This document shows positions 13,321-24,392 of a DNA stretch of 64,000 bases, piece after piece. This stretch comes from Harriotta raleighana (Eukaryota): assembly GCA_050575255.1 (NCBI GenBank), contig JBNZDD010013568.1, positions 1,233,243 to 1,297,242 of the forward strand. The letters run 5' to 3'. The first letter of the stretch is position 1; each line of letters opens with the position of its first letter. A model generated the notes under the pieces. The model was not told where the DNA came from, did not search any database, and saw only the letters and a list, made by a program, of their open reading frames with translations. Both the position numbers and the translations under genes were made by a program.

Positions 13321-15228
13321 TGCTCGCTCCAGGGCTGTGTAACCAACTAGTGTGGGACAATTAGAAGATTTTGCACAGTTGCCATTTTTGAGGTGTGACC
13401 AATCCTGGCTTTGATAATTAACCTTGTACTGTTGTATTATTAGGATCAATAATTGGGGGTAACATTTCTGAGATTGGCTGACAGCTTTTCTCATAAAACC
13501 AGAGCCAACAACAGTGAATCACCTTGTAAGAGTAAGTCTATAGTAACAAGGTCATTCCCACATTTTGCTACTTGAATTTACAACCACAATATTCTGATTG
13601 CAAATAATCTAAGTAAAATAATCTAACAAGTGTATGTCTACACAGCATTGGGATGGGAGGAAAGATCAGACAGAATGCACTCTGGAATGCAAGCTGGATG
13701 TGAGGCTTGATCAAACACCAAATACTATACAACAACAAATTACAGTTGTATACAGCTCTGGTATATAAAGCAACTTCACTTTGTAACTGTCAAGCCTGCC
13801 AGATCCACAATCTAGAATTACTGCTTTCAATATCTTCAGGGAAGACACAATTAACCAACCCATTGTGTCTGTGCCTTGCCAATCATTTCAGAGGTCTGCC
13901 AAGACAATTATCTGTAGTCCAGATAGCCGCTCTATTTATAAAGCAAGTATTTAACCTCAATTGTTGTCAGCTCAGTGTCTAGGAATCAAATCCTAGATAT
14001 AAAAAAGTGACAGCAACTCAGTACAATCCTTGTGCTTTCTAATCTCCCTGGTCTAATGAGGAAGCTAAACAGCAGCTCCTGCACAAGGGGTAGTTAACCA
14101 GCTTAATGAGCCAAAATGGCTTGATCCCAATCCATCTGGTCAGCAGAACCTTATGAGAAACCGCTTTAGAAAGAGGTGACAAAGAAATGGCACAGCAGCA
14201 GAAACAGCTGCTTGTCTTGTATGTATGTGTGTTTTTACAGCAGCCAACTTTCAAAAGCACTGCAAAGACCAGTGGCTTTTCTGTAAACACCTTTAAAATG
14301 AGGCTCAGGGAGCTTTAAGAAAAGCAGAAGCAGGCTGTGATAGCTTGGATCGGTTTCCAATCCTTTGAGAGCTTAGAAACTCCCAGATTTGAACAAACAT
14401 CTTTCAGGGTGTTCTGGAGGTTTATTTTCACAAACTCTGGATGCTGAATGCATTGCAGGAGAAGAGGAAATTGAGGATTTCAGTCTATACTCCTATACTC
14501 CCCTGTCAAAATGCATTCAATATCCAAGGTTGTGTCTTTAACTAATTCCTTTTAAGCTATCTAATATTTGGGAACACACTCTACTGTACCTCTCAGATGG
14601 AATTAACCGTCTAAGCTTCCTGGTGAATGGTAACCCAGGATGGGAAGACAATACAAACAAACCCACATTCTACTAATTGCTGACACAACATTCAAGCCAT
14701 GACGCACTGCTTACTATTCCATTCCTGCAGAGCAAATATACACAGCATTTCATAGATTACCATGAGATTTGTCAGGTAACATTAGATTGGAGCTGGTAAA
14801 TGCCCATATATTTAGGAATCTTTACCTTGCATTTTTTGATGATGTTTAGATGAGGTAATGACTACTTGCAGTGAAAGTGAGTGTGTGGGGTGCTTCTTTT
14901 CTGCAGAGCTGCAGGAGTTTTGCATAGAGTCAATGAAGAAGTGACTGACAAGGCTGGCTGATTTGATGTCAGCCAGCCACACTGATAAAGTGTCTGTCAC
15001 TCTGTAAAGACAGTTATACATGTTGATGCACACTGCAATGTCTGACCAGATTTTAGNAACTCCATCCCCCAGTGCCTTCGCCTACACTGCAATGTCTGAC
15101 CAGATTTTAGATACTGACAAAACAAAATTATCGACCGTGCCTTCAGCTCCCCTCTCGACCNGATGCACACTGCAATGTCTGACCAGATTTTAGATACTGA
15201 CAAAACAAAATTATCTTAACAAAAAAAN

Positions 15229-15308
15229 TCTGTCCAGCGCCTTGGGACGTCCTCCTGACGTGAAACGCGCTCTATAAATGTAATTTTGTTGTTGTTGTTG
15301 TTGTTGTT
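15229..15308 (+). mobile_element. L2 3' end (family A), little diverged
   Basis: ctgtccagcgccttgggacgtcctcctgacgtgaaacgcgctctataaatgtaatttt(gtt)n. Confidence 0.85.
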
Positions 15309-15643
15309 TTACACATAAGAATATCCTCCTTTGTCAAATGTCATCACTTTGCTCATTCATATGCCCAACAGCTTCGCCCCAATCTCGGAAAGAGATCGTA
15401 GCATCAATTATGCTTAAAGGGGAAAATGTGGAAACAGGGGATCAGCTTCTGTGTACTTCTCTGATGTGTGCTCCTACCATTATATGCATGTTATTAATGT
15501 TGTGAACAATTAATGGTGCTTGTTGGTTAAACCACATTATCCAACTTGGATTCTTTCACTGTCCTGTAAATGCTGACAATATGCCAGCTTTGTTTCATGA
15601 GCATTATAGTTCGATCAAGTACCCATTCGCTGGTTGCAAGGAT

Positions 15644-15708
15644 CAACAACAACAACAAAATTACATTTAAAGAGCGTCTTTCACATCGGGAAGACGTCCC
15701 AAGGTGCT
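15644..15708 (-). mobile_element. L2 3' end (family A)
   Basis: caacaacaacaacaaaattacatttaaagagcgtctttcacatcgggaagacgtcccaagg. Confidence 0.85.
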
Positions 15709-16092
15709 GTTCAAGGATAGAGGGCCGCACTCAAACCCTTCCTGTCCAAATCGGACACAAGTGGTTTCTCCAGCCAGAGGTCAGTCATCAGAGACCAGGC
15801 TGGTGCAGAATCTTTGGTTGCTTCCTTCTCTCAACAGCTCCGAGCTCCTCCCATCCCTCCACCAAACACCCTTCCCCACCGGGCCAGGAGCTTTAATTAA
15901 AAGGCAGCCAAGTGCTATACACTGGCAATTCATTGAAAAATTCCACACTACTTACATCACACAGCAGAGTGTGCACTGAACTGAGCTCTGAACTGCTGTC
16001 CAGGAGATGATTTGTGAGGATTAGATTCAATGACTAATAGAAATCCACAGTATCAATACCACACTGCTGTACCAAAATTCAAAGCAAGATTT

Positions 16093-16114
16093 TGTGTGCG
16101 TGTGTGTGTGTGTG
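16093..16114. repeat. (TG)n microsatellite
   Basis: tgtgtgcgtgtgtgtgtgtgtg. Confidence 0.9.
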
Positions 16115-17344
16115 AGAAAACAATTAAAAAGAGGGCAACATTACAAGGACAAACACACTGCTTGCAGACAAGTGTTAGGGCAAATACATTTCAGCCTCAG
16201 AGCAGGTGATAACTATTGTAATTACCGAGGAAACAAGTCCAATCTCTTCAGTACAAAATGATAGACTGCTATTCCTTTAAACTCTCCAGGATGCTACCCC
16301 ACTTGAAGGGCGCTTTATAAATGCAAGTAGTTGTTGGTGGTGGTGTATTCGGAGAACCCGATTGCACCCACAGCTGAGGCCAGCTCTTCTTCAAAGGCTG
16401 GAAGAACTGTCACCACTGGTTCTCTTTCACACATCTACATGATCCTGTGCATTGGATCAGCTAATATTGCACTGAGACATTTAGCAAAAGCAGCTAAGAA
16501 GCATGTGTTTCCCTGAAACGAGTGGCCCAAAACAGTCCTGGATTTTAGACGAATGGATGGATCTTTGAGTTGGACAATGTGTTTCACTTGAGCAACCTAC
16601 AATTCTTACAATGTGATACTGCTGCATTATACAATTCATACCACTGTGTGGCACTAAAAAATCCAAGCAGCGTAATGCTTGGCTCATACCCTGTGCACCC
16701 CAGTGACTCGATCAGGAAGAAGCAATACTAAACCACAGCAAAATTACATTTGTATAGCCCCTTTGACTTTGAGACGACATCCCAAGGCATGTAATTGAGT
16801 AACAACAATCTTGAACAGTAGAACTAGCTTAAAAGGAGTTTCCAATTGTGATGAGTTAGCCGAAAATGAACACCATAAAAGAAATGAAAGAAAATAATGC
16901 AGAACACAAACTGGAGATTTCTAAAGGCTAGAAGAGACAAGAGTGAATCAGCTCAGATCACAATTAGAAAATAGGGCAGTGCATTTTCGACCACTTTTCA
17001 TTGAAGCAACATTTTGTGTTTTTTAGATACATGGGTTCAATCTGGAGCACTGTGACAACTAATGTAAGTATTGGTGTGAATGTGACAGCTGGTACATGTT
17101 CTCAAGCTCCCTGATCCCTTCACCCAGTGACGAACGGGATGAAGTAAATTACTATTTCACGTTTCTTCAAAATGTCTGTTGCACAGTGTGAGGCGAGACT
17201 GAGAAACTAGCATGTTCATCAGGATGATGCATCATCTAGTTACCTTGACAACAGCCATTGTTCTTATTGAAATGGGTTTAAACGCTCCCTCTACAAGGAC
17301 CATCTCATCCAGGACAAAGTCTACATCACTGAGCTCCCATTTTG

Positions 17345-17544
17345 TGATTTTTGTCAAAGGCCTCCACGGCCTTGCCCCACCCTACCTCTGCGGCCTCCTA
17401 ACCCCCTATCACTCCAAATCCCCCCCCTTTCCCTCCATCCTCCTCGTCCCCAACCCCAGCTTGGTTTGAAATAATGACTGTCCAACGTCTTGGGACATCC
17501 TCCTGACCTGAAAGGTACTATACAAGTGTAGTTTTATTGTTGTT
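17345..17544 (+). mobile_element. L2 3' fragment (family A) with internal deletion
   Basis: aaaggcctccacggccttgccccaccctacctc (KGLHGLAPPYL), then the 3' UTR and GTT tail. Confidence 0.8.
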
Positions 17545-18159
17545 CAAAGATCTAAAGCTATACAGTTTGAGATTCAACAATTTGGCTATATAGCAGATAT
17601 TTTTTGCAGCAGATCAGATGTTGGGAGTCTGATTTTTTATCACATACAAAGACTTTCCATCATGTGCAGCAGAAATGGCTCATTACCAGCCTATTTATCA
17701 CCTCACAATGCACAATTACATTGTTCAAATCACTTAGCAAAACATGTCCACTTTACGTCAGAAGTATTGTTCTGTCAAGTCCCACAAAGATAGACTGTTT
17801 CTGTGTTATAACCTGAATACTGGATAAAGTGCTCGATCTAATTGCCTGGAAGCAGCTGACTTAGTTATCTAATGCACTCTCCACTCAACTACAGATTTTT
17901 GTTGTAAAGACCCACCAGCTATTTGCAGTTGATGTTTGATGCCAGTGTAATTTAGTTTTACAGTCGCTGTTGGCCAAGGGGTCTCTGTCTGTCTCCTCAG
18001 ACTGATGCCATAGAAAGTTCTCCCAGTCACAACCGACCTTCAAACCTCCCCTTCAGTCAATCACCAACTGGCCTTTCAAAATATCCAGATTGCTTTTTTT
18101 AAAAAACGAATCTGCTTGATTTAAAGTCAAGAAAGAAATATTAATATTGTTAATATGCT

Positions 18160-18345
18160 AGCGCCTTGGGACGTCCTCTCGACGTGAAAGACACTATACA
18201 GAAGTCATTTTGTTGTTATTGTATAATAATTATTGTCAAGGGGAGTAACTTGTCTTTGTGGTCAAATTGGCAGGATGCTCAGAATATAACAACAACATTA
18301 CATTTATAGAGCGCCTTTCATTTCGAGAGGACATCTCAAGGCACT
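18160..18345. mobile_element. Two L2 3' ends in tail-to-tail inverted orientation (18160-18220 +, 18288-18345 -)
   Basis: agcgccttgggacgtcctctcgacgtgaaag..., and aacaacaacattacatttatagagcgcctttca...caaggcac. Confidence 0.8.
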
Positions 18346-18639
18346 AATATTTCAATAGCAAATTAACAGGATGGAATAGCCCAAGATATTGTCACATTGA
18401 TGCTTTTATTTTTGGAAATGCAATGTGCGGTATCAACATAACCAATTTGTACAAAATAGGAGTTTCAGAATTCTTCAAAAACACAATCTTCTTAGATGAT
18501 CGACAATGAAATGGTTCCAAACTATCATTCAACATTGAGTCTCTAAGAAGTCACATGTTGTGTGGCTAAAATCACAGATAACAGTTAAATCACAGGTAAC
18601 TGCAAAATTCAATTGAAATGGAGATTATCCAGTCACTAT

Positions 18640-18830
18640 TCAGGATGGAGTTCCAGAGGTTAGGGGCAGAATGGCTGAAGGCTCGCCCACCAATCGTGGG
18701 GTGGGTCCTAGGATGTGGATGTGGAGCAGGCCGGAGTCTGCTGAGCGGAGGGGGTGGGCATGTAGGTAGGGGGTTAGGAGGTCACAGAGGTAGGGTGGGG
18801 CGAGGCCATGGAGGGATTTGAATGTGAGAA
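18640..18830 (-). mobile_element. L2 ORF2-end fragment
   Basis: ggagttccagagg..ggctgaaggctcgcc..gaggtagggtggggcgaggccatggagg; homologous to 37950-38115. Confidence 0.8.
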
Positions 18831-21800
18831 TTTAAAAAGATAAAGATATGGTCGCCACAATTTGCAATGCGTTTACTCATTCCATTACACTGCTCATGAC
18901 TTTGTTACCATATCACAAGCATGAATTTCCACTGGTAGCTGAAGTTAATTAAATTGCTCTCCTTGCACCTACAAGACTCATAATGAGCATATTTTAAAGA
19001 ATTAAACACAAAACCTTTCTTGAGTTGAGGGCTTCAGGATTTGACATATTTAGCCTGGATTTCTGTAGGAGACTCAGGGGAAATGTGTGCGTATGTGTGT
19101 GCGTATGTGCTGGTGGGGGAGATACACCAGTCCGTTGTATCATAAGAAAAGGAAATACCATTGTAAAAATTAAGACTCATGAAGAGCCCTTTCCAGATTT
19201 TATAATCACATTCAATCAAAACAAAAATGTTTATTTGACAGAGATAGCCCAGGTAAACATGCATTGTGCATATTAACAAACCATCAGAAACAAGTAGAGA
19301 CTGCCGTAGTTGCAAAACGTGGGTATTTTCCTGAAATGTCATTTCTAACCTCTCCCAGTCACTGTGCAAAGGCAGCAAGCGCAGGATTGTATTTCCCAAC
19401 CAGAGAGAGAATTATGGGAAACAAAAGTCACTGTGCAGTGACCAATGGCATTAATTGGGGTTTGCGAGCACACCACGCTGTAGAAAGAGTTAAGAGAGAA
19501 AATAAATATCCTCTAAAATAAAGTCATTGTTCCTTAAACTAAACAATAAAGCCCAAAGTAATGAGAGAAGCTAGTTCGACACTTTGGATTTCTAAGATAA
19601 ATGATACCATGTAATATAAGATTTCAATGTAAATGCAAGGATTATTATTAATGCAATTTCTGAAGCTACAATCAGTGTTCCTTGAGTGAGGGATATTATA
19701 ATATGCCTAGAGAAAATTAAAAGATAGTGTTTTAGACTTGAGGAATTAATCAATAGTGATGCAACAGGATTGCAATGTATCTTCAGAATTTGCAACAGAA
19801 ATTACCCCTACATGGAAATGGGAAGATTGTAATAACATAGGCATCTTCATCTCTATTGGTGGAAGACAACTGTTTGGATTTTAAAAGATTTCAAAACTCA
19901 ATAAAGATGTTGTAATCAACTCAGTATTAGCATGTTAAAAATTGGAACGCTTTCAAGCTAGTTTTGCTTCCGGTAGATGCCAGAGCATCTTGTTCACTCC
20001 CATCGAATCTCACACTAACACAGAGGAGTATCAGAGTTGCACATACAGATTAATATACCCCCGCCCCACCCAACCCATTAGGTTTTTGTTCTGTATTCAA
20101 TTCTTACAACACATTGCTCTTCATGTAGTTCATTTGCCATTTCATATGTTATTTGCTTCTCAATTACCTTTGGATATTCTTCTCTGCTTGCTGTTGTTTG
20201 AATAGCTCTCACAGCCCTTAATTCATCCTTGGTATATTCAGTCATCAGAAAACTACCTCCCATCCACCCATATTTTAGTAAGTACTGGGTTATTGGAGGT
20301 GCCACATTTGAAACAATTGTTAATTAAGCAAAAGACCTCTGCATATTCTGGTACATGTTAATTAAAAAAATTATGTAGGTATCAAGTATTACGCAAGATA
20401 TGATTTTTTTTACAAAAGCTTAGTCTTTCTTTTTTATATGATCTGTTCCAAATCTTCACGTATATGCAAATAGCTATGCTTAGGAGTTATAAAGTAGTAA
20501 TTTAGTGTGTCTCAAAACTGAGATGGGATAGAAGGTAAAGTTAGCAAGAACTAATTTGTTCCGAACAACATTGCCGCCTATGGGCAGAAAAGGTCCTTTA
20601 AGAACATCAACATCCAATTATACACAAAAATCTAAATACTATCAAGCACTGAGTAGAATGGAATTTTAATCTACCAGTGAGATCAGATAATAATAATAAT
20701 GCTTGATATTTGATATAGCACCTGATCTAATCAGATCAGCATAAGAATCTACTGATCAAATCTAGTAACAATTAATGTGGACATGAAGTATTTTCCATCA
20801 GCTTTAAGATTAGAATTACGTGTTGTAAAAGTTTGGAAGGCCAAATGCTCACAAAAACTGTGAATGTGGAACGATAGCTGCTGTATCTTGATTCCAGACT
20901 AAAGCAAATAGCGCAGCCCATCACTTTTCCATTAGGTCATGTAAAAGACAGAAAGCATTGCAGTGCTGTAAAGGCTGAATAAGCTTCTGCACTTCATTAT
21001 ATGGAGCATGTCATTTTCCAGCACAACAAACCCATCAGTCCATGAAAATTTAACCCCAGAAGTAACAGCACATGCTTCTTTGCTGTAGCCCCACTTGTCA
21101 AATCGAATACAAACACTGTTTCATCATTTCAAGAGAGCAACTGAACCCAGTTGCTGAATCTATCAAAGTTACCCACTCATGCGCAATGCACTTTGTGCTG
21201 TAATGTTTCACAAGATGAAGGTTTTTTTTATAAAGAAAGCTGAGGTTAACACCACCTCATTTAACAGGTCCTGCTTCACTGATACTGAGAAAGATTCTGG
21301 AGAATTCACAGCACATCAGGACCAACCTAATACTGTAATAGGACACTGGTGTCATTGGAAGCAGCACACATCAAATAAGACATTTTTCACCTTTGCCTCC
21401 CGTGGCAACGATACTTTTAAACATCAATATTGCTGCTCTGCTGAGGAAGTGGAAGCCAAGTGGTTGGTTTGCTGAAATGGTCCCGTCTGCCCAATTACAG
21501 GTTGATGGCATCACTCTCCTCTCCACCAATCTCCTGTACGCCTTCTCACCACATCTTATACCATGGTAACATTATTCCCAAACCGCTTTTGCTTACCACC
21601 TCTCTCACTACCTGCAAAACCATTTCTCTTTGACCCTTCTCAATGCTCATTTCGCTGCTCGATGTCCATCATTACATTTGTCGACATTGATTCTTTTTTT
21701 TAAAACGTGTGAAACGTGCAAGTTGTTGAGAACTGAACCAAGCTCCAGACAATATATTAAATTTGCAGTCTGGTTTTGTTAAAGATACAATTTTTTTTAA

Positions 21801-22134
21801 AGATGTTTACTGGAGTGACAAGAGATCTTTTACATAAATTTCCCAAATTTTCCAATTAATATCCATGATTTGGGGATAATTTGAATTTAACAAAAATCAA
21901 GATGGACTTATTACTCATTGTGAGTCACTCCAGATACATCTAGTAATGAAACAAACTGAAACAACAAATGTATCGAGCAAGTCCTTATTCAATCAAATTT
22001 AACAAATGCTATTAATCTAAATAAGTCAATCTATCAGAGCACGTGCTAAGTACAGTCTCTCCCCGCCGCCCCCATCAACCTAGAATTAATTATCCCGCTG
22101 TGTCCTCTGCAAATACACAGTCACAACACCAGAC

Positions 22135-22330
22135 CTGAAGCACTTGGAAATGTTAGATACCATATCAAATGTAAGGATTATCATTTGTTGTGAACTAATA
22201 ATAAAACAATAAAAATCCTTGCATATTGATATATGTCTTCTGGACATCTCAAAGCACTTCACAAATGAAACTGTAAAGTGAATTGACTATATTTGTGGGC
22301 GAAACGCAGCAGCCAATTTCGCATAGCAGA
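22135..22330. mobile_element. Degenerate SINE tail (+) abutting an inverted SINE 3' part (-, ~22196-22330)
   Basis: atatcaaatgtaaggattat, then atccttgcat..gacatctcaaagcacttcac..gcagccaattt. Confidence 0.65.
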
Positions 22331-22422
22331 ATCATCACTATTACTAATTAGTAAGAAAAATCTATGCATTTCTATATGAGTGAGTTGCAGAAACCACCCT
22401 GCAGTATGAAAATGCGTATTGG

Positions 22423-22470
22423 TAAATAATTTTACTTATACCACATTAAATAATTTTACTTATACCACAT
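22423..22470. repeat. Perfect 24-bp tandem duplication
   Basis: taaataattttacttataccacat x2. Confidence 0.9.
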
Positions 22471-23114
22471 TAGTTATACCACTATAACCCAGGGGCTGCA
22501 TTGTCGGTAATTATTTTAGCTGCAAAGGTCTATTTCATCATTATCCAATGATAATTTAGCCATTAGCTTAGAGAAGTTAAGGTTGTCGAGCAAATTTTTT
22601 TTGCCAAGTAACATCAGGCAGCCTCCTAAACTGCTTATGTTATGCAATGGTAATGCTGCATATGCAAACAGTCTGGAGAAAAGCAGCCATGAGCATGAAA
22701 ACGCTCCTTTCAAAGTGTCCATTCATTGACGATGTTCTGTCAAATGCCCCTTGGGGGCAAATTAACAACTGTGACCGACAATGTCAGACACACAATCACT
22801 GAGTGGGTTAGAGACTTGACATAGCAGCAAAGAGGGTCCCAGACAAAAGGCAGTGGAATTCTTCGCATTCCAAACACGTCCCTCCAATTCAACACTATTT
22901 AAATAATCGAAGACTGCTTAGCTGCTTTCAGTCCACATCACAGACAGGCACAGACAGCTGCTGCTTCTGTACCAGTCTCAATGGGTAGAAAGGCTATGTA
23001 GCTTCTGTGTAACAGAGTAATTACTAAACCACGAAACAAAGCAAGGGAGGCCTTTGGCTTCTCTCACAAGATATTTATGCCTCACTCATCTCCGATTTGT
23101 GCGAGTGCCACATA

Positions 23115-23528
23115 CAGTAAAATTCCGATAATCCGTCACGTTCGAGATTTAGGCGGTGCCGGATTAGCAAATATGGCAGATTATTGGACGTTACTCTTAG
23201 GGATGGGAGGATTTGAGTGTGCTGTGCTTTTATCTATGTTGCATACCTGTATAGCGAAACCCAGAGCTTTCCCCAGCCCGGCAGAGCAGGCGGGCCGCCT
23301 ACAGAAGCATTGCGCACGCCAAAAGTTAATTTTTTTAAAAAATTGCATGCGCTCTTATTAAACGTGACGTCAGTGATGGGCCACCGAGGAAAATGTACCG
23401 AGTACTGTGAAGGCTCTCTGGGAAGAGATGCGCGTAGAGATGCGCATATTGGGAAAAGACGGACCGTCGCAGTTACCGGACGATAAGGCATTTGGGTTAA
23501 CAGGTGCCGGATTGAAGGAATTTTATTG
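23115..23528. mobile_element. Non-autonomous Tc1/mariner (Tigger/pogo-like) MITE, 414 bp
   Basis: TA on both sides. Left end CAGTAAAATTCCGATAATCCG; right end reverse complement CAATAAAATTCCTTCAATCCG. CpG-rich interior. Confidence 0.85.
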
Positions 23529-23689
23529 TAATTATATCCAGGGATCGATTCTGGCTCATACATTGTGATTTGAAAAGCTGACATGAATTTCATGAACAGA
23601 ATAAACTTTTAAGTACAATATAACACAAAATCATATTTTGTATCGTACAGTTCATAGTGTAGCAAGAAATCAGCCAGCGAATATTGGTC

Positions 23690-24330
23690 AAGCCTTAGTG
23701 TGGTTTTAGACACAAAGAATTTATATTGATGTCATGTCAATGACAAGAGAAATCCAGAGAACATTTCAAGAAACTGTGCAGGATTTCCATGGCTCTTAAG
23801 AAGGCACATCAGAGGCAGTCAATCAGGTTTCAACAAATGATTGGCAAAGTGTAATATTTTAAAACAGTGAGGTGTGCTGTCTGTGCTAGTAACCAGCTCT
23901 CGAATCATTCAACAATTCTAATTGGCGTCAAGCAGGGTTCTAGTAAATATTTTCAATTTGTTTGCAGAAACATTAGAGCAAACAACAAGTAGGATGTGCG
24001 TTTTCATCTCTAAAATGGTAAATTATTCAATGTTGCAAGATTGCGTGCTTCAACAAGCATCATGAATTCACAGATGACTACTCTTGTAGCAGATGTGGTG
24101 GTTTGCAAGTAAACAGAAATTATAGAGTAAGCATTAACGTGTGCAAGTGATGCATCTGCCACTTCCCTCCAAGCTTTACATTGGGCCAACTTATTCCATC
24201 AAAAGAATCATATTCAAGTCAATCACACGGTTTAGTGACTCTGGCCGCATCCTGTCAGACATCAGCAGGCAGGAAGTGCTGACATGAATCATGACCAATT
24301 GCAGAAGCAGGACAGAATTCGGCTCCGCAT
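23690..24330 (+). mobile_element. Highly degenerate RTE-like LINE remnant
   Basis: ggcgtcaagcagggt (GVKQG RT motif) with weak flanking RT-like similarity; no open frame. Confidence 0.4.
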
Positions 24331-24392
24331 CAACAACAACAAAATTACATCTATGGAGCGCCTTTCACGTCGGGAGGACGTCCCAGGGTGCA
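24331..24392 (-). mobile_element. L2 3' end (family A)
   Basis: caacaacaacaaaattacatctatggagcgcctttcacgtcgggaggacgtcccagggtgc. Confidence 0.85.

Noticed and set aside
15025-15228. Triplicated cactgcaatgtctgaccagattttag motif as a repeat-spacer (CRISPR-like) array
   Set aside because: The copies are delimited by Ns (15057, 15161, 15228) and mixed with L2 scraps, consistent with a gap-filling artefact. The context is eukaryotic and there are no cas genes.
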